Source: a virus (lineage: Duplodnaviria; Caudoviricetes). From it: a stretch of 42,362 nucleotides of DNA. The notes beneath the pieces were generated by a model that saw nothing but the letters and a program-made list of their open reading frames with translations, had not been told where the DNA came from and made no database searches. Positions 1-8,455 of this stretch are shown here, one piece after another. Positions within the stretch are counted from its first letter, which is position 1, and each line of letters begins with the position of its first letter. The stretch spans positions 1 through 42,362 of IMG/VR virus record IMGVR_UViG_3300006169_000159; one strand, 5' to 3'. The position numbers were made by a program, and so were the translations under genes.

Positions 1-240
1 TCACGGCGTACCCCACTTTGCGATCAAAGCGACCATGCCGAGGCCGACGCTCTTCCACGACTGCTCCGCGATGACGTACGTACCGTCGTCGAGTCGGATA
101 CGAGCAGCGAACGACGGTGCTCCGGAAGTCATGCCCCTAGGAAGGCAGCCCATCATGTCGATGACGCCGTGCTTCGGGTTCGGATCCTCACTGGCGAAGT
201 CTCCATCTTCGATCTCCACCTTGACTTCGAGCGAGATCAT
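1..240 (-). CDS. hypothetical protein (79 aa)
   Basis: ATG at 240 overlaps the upstream TGA (ATGA coupling at 237-240). Confidence 0.7.
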   Translation of the reverse strand: MISLEVKVEIEDGDFASEDPNPKHGVIDMMGCLPRGMTSGAPSFAARIRLDDGTYVIAEQSWKSVGLGMVALIAKWGTP

Positions 241-1205
241 CGCTTCACCTTGACCTTCCTGCGCATGGCCACGAGGTGCTTGCACAACCCCTGACCGTTC
301 ATGAAGGCCGGACACGAGCACTCCTCCGCGTACAGATCGACCACGTACCGCTGCTCAGGGTTCGTGAACGACTGGACCCAGTAGTGGTGCTCCTTCACCT
401 CTCCTGTCTCAGGGTCGGCGTACGGCTCGTACTTGACCTCCTGACCGTCGGGAACGACCCGCTCGGCCCGTGCCGTGGAGCGACTGCCCTGACCGCTGAG
501 GAGCCTGACCTGCTTGCATTCCGCGATGTCGTACGTCTCGAACGGGATCTTCAGGTGGTTCATCAGGATCTTGCGGTACTTCTCCGACTCCCCGTCCGAC
601 TCGACCGGGACGTAGTTCTTCAGGAGCGCCGCGTCGTAGTAGAACTCGTAGTTCCACGTCATCGTCCAGTCTTCACCGCGTTCGCGAGCAGCCCGGTACA
701 GATTCTGCCTTCCGCGACCGGTGTGGCCGTCGATCGCCTCGGGCGGCATCTGGATCTTCCAGCCCTCCTTGCGTCGGACCTCGTAGTACCAAGCGGCGTC
801 GTCCGCCTCCCGGTTCTTCGGTGCCCGGCAGAGCATCATGATCGCGAGGAACGGGATATTCCATTCGCGGCCCATGTCGTGCGCCTGCTTGAAGAGCATG
901 ATCTTCGGAAGCATGTCGGGATCTGCCAGCCCGACGTCCTCCGCAGCGATGACGATCAGTCGCCGCCACATGCGGTACTGCTCGTTGCTCTCCATGAGTT
1001 CCGAGGCCCAGTAGAGCGCCTGCTCCTCGTTGCCTCGCCGGATCGCCTTCTGTAGAGCCGACACGACCTCCGACTTGTCGTAGCCGTTCTTCGTGATCGG
1101 GATGCCGGAGTCGCCACCTTGGCCTCCGGTGGGCTTGCGCTTCGTTGTCTTGAAGTTGCCCGCAAGCGCCTGATCAACCATCGACGTCTGTGCTGCTGCT
1201 GCCAT
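237..1205 (-). CDS. RarA/MgsA C-terminal-like helical domain fused to a SWIM zinc finger
   Basis: SALQKAIRRG..ALYWA..RRLIVIAAEDVGLADP resembles the post-AAA region of RarA/MgsA; no Walker A; C-terminal CSCP-x7-CKH SWIM motif. Confidence 0.75.
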   Translation of the reverse strand: MAAAAQTSMVDQALAGNFKTTKRKPTGGQGGDSGIPITKNGYDKSEVVSALQKAIRRGNEEQALYWASELMESNEQYRMWRRLIVIAAEDVGLADPDMLPKIMLFKQAHDMGREWNIPFLAIMMLCRAPKNREADDAAWYYEVRRKEGWKIQMPPEAIDGHTGRGRQNLYRAARERGEDWTMTWNYEFYYDAALLKNYVPVESDGESEKYRKILMNHLKIPFETYDIAECKQVRLLSGQGSRSTARAERVVPDGQEVKYEPYADPETGEVKEHHYWVQSFTNPEQRYVVDLYAEECSCPAFMNGQGLCKHLVAMRRKVKVKR

Positions 1206-1213
1206 TCGTCTCC

Positions 1214-1465
1214 TTAGACTTCGAGCGTCTGCTGCTGTGGCTGGTGCTTGGCTGCCTCGACCTCCGCGCCCTTGCGCTTGCCTGCCGCGTAGGCCGACAG
1301 GAGGAGCATCAGGTCCGGTGTCCTGCCGAGAAGGTTCTTGGCCGACTCTTCGTACAGCCCGTCGAACTCCTCAGCGCAGTCCCATGCAGCCTTCGCTGCT
1401 CCCTGCATGCTGTCTGCTTCCATCCATGACTTCAGGTGCTCCGTGACACCTCTCTGCGTCGCCAT
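1214..1465 (-). CDS. hypothetical protein (83 aa)
   Basis: ATG at 1465 with AGGAGAAGG RBS; first gene after a promoter-like element. Confidence 0.65.
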   Translation of the reverse strand: MATQRGVTEHLKSWMEADSMQGAAKAAWDCAEEFDGLYEESAKNLLGRTPDLMLLLSAYAAGKRKGAEVEAAKHQPQQQTLEV

Positions 1466-1498
1466 CCTTCTCCTCTGGGTATTGGAAGTAGTTATTTG

Positions 1499-1530
1499 AG
1501 TGTAGCCCGCACCGCCTGTCATGAAAGGGT
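1499..1530 (-). promoter_or_regulatory. candidate SigA-type promoter
   Basis: minus strand ACCC-TTTCAT-N16-TACACT; same geometry as the TTGACA-N16 promoters at 13.2 and 15.8 kb. Confidence 0.45.
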
Positions 1531-1633
1531 TTCTGAGCGTGAATCTACTGCATCCCGTGTGTCGCTCCCATTGAACAGTTCGGCGTGTCAGGATGTTTGG
1601 TGCCAACGAAGGCATCACGAGAGGACAGCAGCC

Positions 1634-2386
1634 ATGCCCCAGTACACCCGTTGTTTGGCACTCGGAGACAGCGAAACCTACGGCGCTCGTGCCACCCACG
1701 GACGGACGTACCCGACGATCCTCGAAGAGCAACTGTCCGAGTTGCACACCAACGTTCCGTCGATCGTCATCAACGCCGGAGTCAACGGTGAGCGGTCGTG
1801 GGAGATCGTGGACCGAGGCGTTGGACATCTTCTGTCCGACGAGTGGATCAAGATCGTCCTGTGCATGATGGGCACCAACGACTCCAAGCCGGGCTCCAAC
1901 ACCCCCATCGACCTGTACATGGCTCAGTGGGACCGCCTGCTTCGTGCATGCCGGGCCACGGACACCATGCTCTACCCCTTGGAGATTCACGCCATCGATC
2001 CGGTGGGCCAGCCGGAGTACGACGCCCTGAGCAACGCGAAGATCAGCGAGTTCAACGCTCACGTCAAGGACTGGGCCAGCCAGAACGGTCTGATCTACAT
2101 CGACGGTCTCCACGAGCCGTTCCGTGCCGACAAGACCCTGCTGGCCGACGGCATTCACCCGACCAATGAGGGTAACGACATCATCGCCAGCCGGATCGCA
2201 GAGTTCCTGAGCGTTCCGTTGGCATCCCGTCGCACTGAGGACGTCGAGACTGAGCCTCAGCGTGGACTGTGGGGCGGACCCGCCGAGTTGCGCCTGACCG
2301 GCATCGCCAGTGACGGGACCGTCAAGGGCACGATGATCAACGGAAACGGACAGCACAGTGCCCCGGCAGGAGCACCGGGGCACTGA
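1634..2386 (+). CDS. SGNH/GDSL-family hydrolase (esterase/acetylesterase)
   Basis: blocks GDSET, NAGVNG, GTND, DGIHP; GAGAGGA RBS before ATG 1634. Confidence 0.9.
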   Translation: MPQYTRCLALGDSETYGARATHGRTYPTILEEQLSELHTNVPSIVINAGVNGERSWEIVDRGVGHLLSDEWIKIVLCMMGTNDSKPGSNTPIDLYMAQWDRLLRACRATDTMLYPLEIHAIDPVGQPEYDALSNAKISEFNAHVKDWASQNGLIYIDGLHEPFRADKTLLADGIHPTNEGNDIIASRIAEFLSVPLASRRTEDVETEPQRGLWGGPAELRLTGIASDGTVKGTMINGNGQHSAPAGAPGH

Positions 2387-2450
2387 GTCAGATATCGACT
2401 GTCGGAGCGTTGTCGAGGCGGTCGAACCACTCGTCATCTCCAACAGTGTC

Positions 2451-2480
2451 GGGCCGGACGAATGAATCTTCGTCCGGCCC
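2451..2480. terminator. hairpin between convergent genes, likely bidirectional terminator
   Basis: GGGCCGGACGAA-N6-TTCGTCCGGCCC perfect 12-bp stem. Confidence 0.7.
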
Positions 2481-2517
2481 TTCACGTGTCTCCGTGGGCG
2501 TGGGACCCAGACGCTTC

Positions 2518-2805
2518 TTAAGCGTCCGAAGAAGTGTCGACCACATTGATGAGCGACGATGCGATCTTGACGACCTTGCGCTGACCCTCGTTCTCGATCA
2601 ACTGGTCGCCAGCGAAGTTCACGTAGCCGATGACGCGCAACTCCACCCTCTCACCGAGGACGAAGTCTTCGTTCGTGCTGAAGTTGCATCCGAGGACGCT
2701 CACCTTCGTCTCGGCTTCCAAGCCGGGGAGCGCGTCCGGTGCGCCATCGAGGATCGCCTTGGCTTCATCTGCCATGTCGTGCGTGCTGTCTGCCTGAACG
2801 GTCAT
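2518..2805 (-). CDS. hypothetical protein (95 aa)
   Basis: ATGA coupling to the HNH gene; GGAGAGG RBS. Confidence 0.7.
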   Translation of the reverse strand: MTVQADSTHDMADEAKAILDGAPDALPGLEAETKVSVLGCNFSTNEDFVLGERVELRVIGYVNFAGDQLIENEGQRKVVKIASSLINVVDTSSDA

Positions 2806-3209
2806 TGCTGCCTCTCCTTGTCGAAGTAGACCGACAAAGTCCCGACTGGGCTGCCGGTGTCGTCCCACGATAGACCTTGCTCCGCGAGACATTCGATAAC
2901 GACTCGGGGCAGCCACCATGGCGAAATTTTCATCCGTCGCTGGTGCACCTTCTGGTGGCAACCCCTGCCGAACTCGTTGCACAGCGTGATCCCGTTCCTC
3001 GGATCGTCGATGTACTGCGCTTTGCAGTGCGACTTGAAGATCAGGTGGTGCGCTGACAGGTGAGAGCCGTCGGACGGCCCCCTGTGACCACATGCTCGGC
3101 ACTTGCGGCCATCACGTAGCAGAACGGCCTCGCGCCAGTCCGAGAGGTTTCTGGCGCGAGGCCGCTTGCGCCTCGGTCCCGGCTTAGGGGCCGGTCTGAA
3201 CTCAACCAT
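2802..3209 (-). CDS. HNH endonuclease
   Basis: RDGRKCRACG..AHHL..NGITLC..CHQKVH. Confidence 0.85.
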   Translation of the reverse strand: MVEFRPAPKPGPRRKRPRARNLSDWREAVLLRDGRKCRACGHRGPSDGSHLSAHHLIFKSHCKAQYIDDPRNGITLCNEFGRGCHQKVHQRRMKISPWWLPRVVIECLAEQGLSWDDTGSPVGTLSVYFDKERQQ

Positions 3210-3999
3210 CGTGCCGCATCGACGTGCCGCCGATGGCGACGATCGTGCAGGTCTCCCGCCACCGGTCAACCATGCGACGGAACATCTCGTTCGCGACGAG
3301 ATCATCTCGGCTCAGGTTGGTCGTCACGATCGTCGGCTTGTTGTTGCCATACCGACTTTCGATGATCCCCTCCACGACGCCGATCGTCCACGGTGCGATC
3401 TCACCCGAGCCGAAGTCGTCGATCATCAGAACCTCGGCCTTGATCGCCCGCTGAACGAGCGCCACGCGACGCTGTCGGTCCTGAAGGTCGTCGATGAACA
3501 TCGGGAACAGCACCTTGTGCACGCCGACATTCTCACCGAGCATCCGGCGAGCCATGTAGGCAAGCGTGAACGTCTTGCCAGTGCCGACGTCACCCGTGAA
3601 GACGACGCCACGACCGGTCCGGATGTTCTCCATCAACTGGCCAAGGTACTGCTCCACGATCTGCCGCGAGCGGATCTTCTCCGGCTCCGGGTTCCAGTAG
3701 TGCTTCCCGAACCCCGCATGCTGCAACCGGGCCTGCAACTTCCGCTCCCGCAGCGAGGTCAGGCGGCAGATGGGCTCGACCATGTGCTCCGGGCAGAAAC
3801 CGCTGATACGGCTGCCCTTGTGCATGACGACGATGTCACCATCGCAGCGGTCGTGGCAGGGCAGTTCGGACGGAGCGAGGTCACCACTTGTCAGAAGACC
3901 ACGTATCGTCTCCGTGCCCTCCTGCCGTCGCTGCATAATGCGTTCGGCTCGCCGCAGCACGTCCTGTGCCACCGCGCCCAGAGGCTCCATATCGCTCAT
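3202..3999 (-). CDS. DnaC/IstB-like AAA+ helicase loader
   Basis: Walker A GDVGTGKT, Walker B LMIDDFG, TIVTTN, R..DR; N-terminal Cys/His cluster. Confidence 0.9.
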   Translation of the reverse strand: MSDMEPLGAVAQDVLRRAERIMQRRQEGTETIRGLLTSGDLAPSELPCHDRCDGDIVVMHKGSRISGFCPEHMVEPICRLTSLRERKLQARLQHAGFGKHYWNPEPEKIRSRQIVEQYLGQLMENIRTGRGVVFTGDVGTGKTFTLAYMARRMLGENVGVHKVLFPMFIDDLQDRQRRVALVQRAIKAEVLMIDDFGSGEIAPWTIGVVEGIIESRYGNNKPTIVTTNLSRDDLVANEMFRRMVDRWRETCTIVAIGGTSMRHDG

Positions 4000-4285
4000 C
4001 GTTCACCGCCCACGTCCACAGTCGAGATCTCCACCGGATCGGTACTGCCTTGCCCTTCTCATCCTGCCAAGGCGTGGCGTCCGTGCACCATGTCACGAAC
4101 TTCTGAACCAGAGCATTGACGTCAAGATCAGGGTACTTGCCCTTGATACGCCTTAACAACGCCAAATCTTTCGGTTCGTCGAACGGATACGGAACATCAA
4201 GTTCGTGCGCGTTCTTCAGCGCTGCCAATCCTTCACGAACCTCAGGTTCGACCACCTCGCCAGTGTCGAACAACTCGTCACTCAT
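3881..4285 (-). CDS. putative replication protein resembling the C-terminal domain of phage initiators
   Basis: immediately upstream of the loader; RWRSRLWTWAVN resembles the W-x6-W motif ending many phage initiators; 119-nt overlap with the loader ORF. Confidence 0.5.
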   Translation of the reverse strand: MSDELFDTGEVVEPEVREGLAALKNAHELDVPYPFDEPKDLALLRRIKGKYPDLDVNALVQKFVTWCTDATPWQDEKGKAVPIRWRSRLWTWAVNDERYGASGRGGTGRAAASRTHYAATAGGHGDDTWSSDKW

Positions 4286-4604
4286 CTGCTGCCCTCCTTC
4301 GGTTTGGTTCCGATGGAATGACCGTATTGATCAACGCCACCAGTGCCTGTGCCTCCGTGATGTGAGACGGCTTGGGGCCGCGCCAGTCCTCCTGAGCCAT
4401 GTGTTGCAACCGCTTCCTCACGTTCCACAGCAACACCGTGAGCGTCACCTCCTGAGCGATGTTGCGCCGACCACCCACGAGCGCTTCGTACTGCTCTTGG
4501 GTCATGAAGCCGCAACGCTCGCAGCAGCATGGAGTGCCAGCCTTGCGAGCCCCGAGATACGGCCCCTCTGGACAGGCGCAGATAGAGACGGCGTAGCCGC
4601 TCAT
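4278..4604 (-). CDS. hypothetical Cys-rich protein
   Basis: coupled ORF; CAC..CCERC. Confidence 0.65.
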   Translation of the reverse strand: MSGYAVSICACPEGPYLGARKAGTPCCCERCGFMTQEQYEALVGGRRNIAQEVTLTVLLWNVRKRLQHMAQEDWRGPKPSHITEAQALVALINTVIPSEPNRRRAADE

Positions 4605-5806
4605 GACTCCTCCGTCGGCTTCAGGTCGATCTTCGTTGACTTCAACTTCGGTCGTTCCTTAACAAACCTCGTCTGTGACGCCTCAACCCCATTCTTCAAC
4701 TCTGGGTCCTTCTTGACGACGTCATCGACCTTGTACTTCGTCACGTTGACGACGTTGTAGAACTTGTCTCCGAGGACGTCATGCAACTTGATGACATCCC
4801 AGTCGGTCGCCCAGTCGTCCACCGCCTCATACCGGATGCCGTTGACCTCCCGAGGCGTGCCCTTGATCGCCTCGGCCTTCAACTCCCCTTGGACCTCCTT
4901 GACCATGGCATCCAGCGCCTTCATGGTCAGTTGCGCCTCTTGCATCATGTACGCCCGCTGGGTCAAGTCGGTTGTCGTGGACATCCGGTCGGCCAGCGTC
5001 TCGCCGCGACCGGGGAGAGCGGTGAACTCCGGGCAGTCATACTTCAGCGGGCAGTACGAGCACCCGTCGTTGATCACCGGTTCGCCCGTCTCGTCACTGA
5101 CGATCTTGCGTGTCATCGCTCGGAGCCAGTCGAGGTAGCGGTCGAGCGTGTCGTGATCGCGCTGCGTACTGACGACGTACCACTTGAAGGCGTCCAGTTG
5201 CCCGATGATCGTCACGTCGCGAGGATCGACGTCCGGCAGGTACTTGTGCAGGTTCGCCCGGACGAGCGCGATGTAGTGCGTCATCTGGTTGTCCTCGTCG
5301 ACCCCCTTCTGACTGGGAGGCTGCCGATTCGACTTGTAGTCACGGACAACCAGAGTCAGGGGATCCATCGGGTCGACTCCGACCCAGTCCAGTCGACCGC
5401 CGAACAGATACTCCTCGCCATCGATCTCCATGAGCGGAGCGGTCAACTCCTGCTCGACCGCGATGCAGGCGTAGGCGTCGTCAGGACGATCCATGTAGCC
5501 CTGTAGGTCACTGAACGCCTCCTCGTACGCCTCCGGCCCGAGCGGCACCTCGATACGGCTCCACGCCTTCTCCAAGGCATCCGGAAGCAGCGGGAGGTTC
5601 TCCTCCTCAGCGAGGTAGAACGCGTCATGGACGAGCGTGCCGTACTCCAACGGGTACGAGCGAGGCTCCTTCAACGTCTCCTCGACGTATTTCGCGCGAA
5701 ATAGCGCCGGGCAACCGGCCTCCTCGGCAACCCCGTCCATGGCGAACCCGGTCGTGCCGTACGTGCGCAAGTGACTAACACGAATCGTGTTGTTCGGCAC
5801 CCTCAT
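4601..5806 (-). CDS. Cas4/RecB-like PD-(D/E)XK exonuclease
   Basis: GCP..GTLVH..GRLDW..DYKS..Q...Y..CSYCPLKYDCP (four Cys, Fe-S type). Confidence 0.85.
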   Translation of the reverse strand: MRVPNNTIRVSHLRTYGTTGFAMDGVAEEAGCPALFRAKYVEETLKEPRSYPLEYGTLVHDAFYLAEEENLPLLPDALEKAWSRIEVPLGPEAYEEAFSDLQGYMDRPDDAYACIAVEQELTAPLMEIDGEEYLFGGRLDWVGVDPMDPLTLVVRDYKSNRQPPSQKGVDEDNQMTHYIALVRANLHKYLPDVDPRDVTIIGQLDAFKWYVVSTQRDHDTLDRYLDWLRAMTRKIVSDETGEPVINDGCSYCPLKYDCPEFTALPGRGETLADRMSTTTDLTQRAYMMQEAQLTMKALDAMVKEVQGELKAEAIKGTPREVNGIRYEAVDDWATDWDVIKLHDVLGDKFYNVVNVTKYKVDDVVKKDPELKNGVEASQTRFVKERPKLKSTKIDLKPTEES

Positions 5807-6105
5807 GTGCCCACCTTCGTACCGTCGCCGTCCCAGACGAACTCGCCCTCGGGACCAACCGGGTAGTGCCCCTTGCACTTGACACAGAACGTGCCGCTGT
5901 AGAACTGGGGGTCACGTGCGTACGTCTCCGCGATCGCTTGGCTCATGGTCGTCGCCGCGCCGCACACCTCATGGATGTACGTCCAGCGAACCGGTCTGAC
6001 GAACCCCTTCGCCAGTTCTGCCTCGCTCAGTACGAGGTAGTCCTTCTGCTGACCGGTTCGTCCGTCGATGATCGACAAGTTCGGGTCGTTGCGATCAGTC
6101 GTCAT
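5803..6105 (-). CDS. phage zinc-ribbon protein
   Basis: HEVCG..TFCVKC; ATGA coupling. Confidence 0.75.
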   Translation of the reverse strand: MTTDRNDPNLSIIDGRTGQQKDYLVLSEAELAKGFVRPVRWTYIHEVCGAATTMSQAIAETYARDPQFYSGTFCVKCKGHYPVGPEGEFVWDGDGTKVGT

Positions 6106-6412
6106 TGCTCTGGGCCTTTCGTCGTGCCTCACCTATCAGTTCGAGCAGGCACTTCTCGCACACCCGCCCGTCCCACAATGGCGAGACGTAGTAGTCGTTG
6201 TCGGGACGGCAGACGCCTGTGATCTTGCAGCGCATGCACGTTGTGACCTGATACTGCCCTCCGCCGATGACGTCCGGATACCTGTCACAGTCAGGCGTAC
6301 CGCACCAGCAGATGACGAACCTCGCCTCTGGCGTGCCGTCAGCCGGTCCCTCGCCGTCGATCGTGACCGCCATAGCCAGATGTTCCGGAATCTCGACCAT
6401 CGGGCTACCCAT
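6095..6412 (-). CDS. hypothetical Cys-rich protein
   Basis: CWC..C, CMRC, CEKC; start uncertain. Confidence 0.6.
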   Translation of the reverse strand: MGSPMVEIPEHLAMAVTIDGEGPADGTPEARFVICWCGTPDCDRYPDVIGGGQYQVTTCMRCKITGVCRPDNDYYVSPLWDGRVCEKCLLELIGEARRKAQSNDD

Positions 6413-6587
6413 CGGTCTTGGGCCGTCGTCGGAGGTAGTCCGGAACGACCATTCCAGTGCCCCGGATCTCCCAGTGCGGCGGGTTCGCACCAGCCAGCCA
6501 CACCCAGACCTGATGCGACTCCGTCAGTTCATCGTCCGGAGGCCGCTGGTCCCGGTCTGTGTACTTGAACTCCGGTTCATTCGACAT
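6405..6587 (-). CDS. hypothetical protein (60 aa)
   Basis: short overlaps with both neighbours. Confidence 0.55.
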   Translation of the reverse strand: MSNEPEFKYTDRDQRPPDDELTESHQVWVWLAGANPPHWEIRGTGMVVPDYLRRRPKTDG

Positions 6588-6816
6588 GGTCGATCTGCTT
6601 GTCTTGGTCGTCCCACGGGATGAAGCGGAAGTCACTGACGTTCGAGTTCACGCCAGTCGCCATCTCCTCGGCGAACTTCTCGGTGTCATACCCCTGACCG
6701 CTGTCGGCCACGATCAGGCCGTTCCTGCTCTTGCGCTGCCACCGGAACTTGCCCGCACCGTCCCGATAGATGTTGACGAAGTCCTTCGTCCGATCCCGCT
6801 CCACCTTAGTCGCCAT
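6577..6816 (-). CDS. DUF1508/YegP-like protein
   Basis: IYRDGAGKFRWQRKSRNGLIVADSGQGY signature. Confidence 0.8.
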   Translation of the reverse strand: MATKVERDRTKDFVNIYRDGAGKFRWQRKSRNGLIVADSGQGYDTEKFAEEMATGVNSNVSDFRFIPWDDQDKQIDHVE

Positions 6817-6937
6817 CACTGCCTACTTTCTGGTGACATTCATGCTCACAGAACACCCAGTCGTCTTCATCGTTCAAGGTCATGCCGTCGCAGTTGTCGC
6901 ACTTGCCTTGGCGACACTCCGGATGCAGATTGCTCAC
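6806..6937 (-). CDS. small Cys/His-rich protein (43 aa; not in the ORF track)
   Basis: GTGA coupling at 6934-6937; MSNLHPECRQGKCDNCDG..FCEHECH fills the gap exactly. Confidence 0.6.
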   Translation of the reverse strand: MSNLHPECRQGKCDNCDGMTLNDEDDWVFCEHECHQKVGSDGD

Positions 6938-7104
6938 GACTTCTTCACCTGCTTCCAGTACGCCGTCCTCATCTCATGGATGAGATCTTTCTTCTTCTTC
7001 AACTTGCCCTTGCTGTCGCGGACGTCGACACCCAGTTCAGGTGCGAACTCCCGAACCTTCGCTACCTTCATCGACTCCCAGTTGGTCGTCTTGGGCATCG
7101 TCAT
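6934..7104 (-). CDS. small basic Rho-N/HeH-like nucleic-acid-binding protein
   Basis: MKVAKVREFAPELGV..LKKKKDLIHEM pattern. Confidence 0.55.
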   Translation of the reverse strand: MTMPKTTNWESMKVAKVREFAPELGVDVRDSKGKLKKKKDLIHEMRTAYWKQVKKS

Positions 7105-7294
7105 CTCCGTTCTCCGGGAACGCATCCCTGAACGCCCTCATGGCCGTAACGATCTTCTCGGTTGCCGCCTCCCTCTTGCTGCCTTCTCCTGCGAATACGT
7201 TGATCACACTGCCATCGGGATGCAGCCAGATGATCACTCCGTCGTAGATGCCGTAGTAGCCGCCATCGATGCCGATGCGCTCGTCAGTCTCCAT
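7037..7294 (-). CDS. hypothetical protein
   Basis: ORF with purine-rich RBS. Confidence 0.55.
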   Translation of the reverse strand: METDERIGIDGGYYGIYDGVIIWLHPDGSVINVFAGEGSKREAATEKIVTAMRAFRDAFPENGDDDAQDDQLGVDEGSEGSGVRT

Positions 7295-7448
7295 CTGCCT
7301 TCTCTTCCTGCTTGTGAGTCGCTTCGTGACGACTCTTGGCGCGGTAGGCGTCTCGGGGGTCGGGCTGTGGGCCGTCCTCCCAGCCGCACGAGCACATCGC
7401 CACCTTCATGCCGGTGGACGAGTGTGTTACGACGACTGCGTAGGCCAT
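7284..7448 (-). CDS. small C2H2-like zinc-finger protein (54 aa; not in the ORF track)
   Basis: MAYAVVV..MCSCGW..RHEATH; starts just after the ssb stop. Confidence 0.6.
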   Translation of the reverse strand: MAYAVVVTHSSTGMKVAMCSCGWEDGPQPDPRDAYRAKSRHEATHKQEEKADGD

Positions 7449-7451
7449 GAC

Positions 7452-7871
7452 TTACTGACCCCAGCCTCCCTGACCAGCCCACGGATCTTCGTCGGCCACA
7501 GGATCAGTCGTTGGCTGGACAGGCTCCCGAGGCTGTCGCGGACTCGTGAGAGGCGTGACCACCTTGGCTGTGATGCGGGTCTTGGTCTCAGACTCCCTGC
7601 CGTCTCGGGCCTGTGTGCGCCACTGGGAGAGCGAACCGACGACATGCACCTCATCGCCACGAGCCAAGATGGACTGGATGTACGCGCCATAGTCGCCCTT
7701 CACCTCTACCTGATAAAAACCCGAGTCGACTTCGGCCTTCTTCGTGTCGCGGTTGTACCGGCCTTCGTCATCATGGACGGCGATGTTCAGGTTGCAGATC
7801 GGGAAGTCCTGACCCACGAACCGGAGGTCCGGATCGCGAGTCAGGCGTCCCGAGACTTCGACTCGATTCAC
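7452..7871 (-). CDS. ssb: single-stranded DNA-binding protein
   Basis: NRVEVSGRLTRDPDLRF; OB-fold pattern; acidic DEDPW tail. Confidence 0.92.
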   Translation of the reverse strand: MNRVEVSGRLTRDPDLRFVGQDFPICNLNIAVHDDEGRYNRDTKKAEVDSGFYQVEVKGDYGAYIQSILARGDEVHVVGSLSQWRTQARDGRESETKTRITAKVVTPLTSPRQPREPVQPTTDPVADEDPWAGQGGWGQ

Positions 7872-7879
7872 CGTGCTCC

Positions 7880-8425
7880 TCAGGCGTTGGAGGCGAGGCG
7901 GTGGTCACCGACTGGGCGCTCGAAGACGACCCGACGGCGGTCGGTCGTGTCGCCCTCGACCTTGATGCCGAGACCGGCGATGCGAGCCCATCCGGCGTTG
8001 ATCGTCAGGGTGGCTCCGTCGAACTCGCCGATGATGCGGTTCTTGAACATCACTGCGCCATCCTCCTCGACGTTGAGGGGAGCGTCACTGCCCTTGATGC
8101 CGAGCGATGGCTGGCCAACCGCAGGCGGGTTGTTGATCGTCACGTGCGTCTCGGCGGGCGTGGGCCGTGTCGTCGTGTCGCGAGTCCACTGTGTTCCACT
8201 GGCGGTCGGGTTCGACGTGGGCTGGTCCTTCTCCTCGTCGGTCGACTCGTCGTCCACGAGGGCCGCGTGCGTTCCACGAACCGTGCGTCCCGTAGCAGGC
8301 GGGTCGTTCGGCTCGTGGATGCCCGAAGCACCCCAGTCGATCTCCGACGCCTCGTCGCCCTCGTCGAAGGGCGGGTCCTCGACGTCGATGTCATCGTCGA
8401 GGTGAGCGGTCTGGTCCTGCGTCAT
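7880..8425 (-). CDS. acidic hypothetical protein
   Basis: AAGGAG RBS; Asp/Glu-rich N-terminus. Confidence 0.7.
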   Translation of the reverse strand: MTQDQTAHLDDDIDVEDPPFDEGDEASEIDWGASGIHEPNDPPATGRTVRGTHAALVDDESTDEEKDQPTSNPTASGTQWTRDTTTRPTPAETHVTINNPPAVGQPSLGIKGSDAPLNVEEDGAVMFKNRIIGEFDGATLTINAGWARIAGLGIKVEGDTTDRRRVVFERPVGDHRLASNA

Positions 8426-8455
8426 CTGCTGCTCCTTGCGTGTGGTGTTCCGTGC

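Noticed and set aside
4601-5806. CRISPR-Cas system suggested by the Cas4-like nuclease
   Set aside because: No array or other cas genes; stand-alone Cas4/RecB-like exonucleases are common in phage recombination modules
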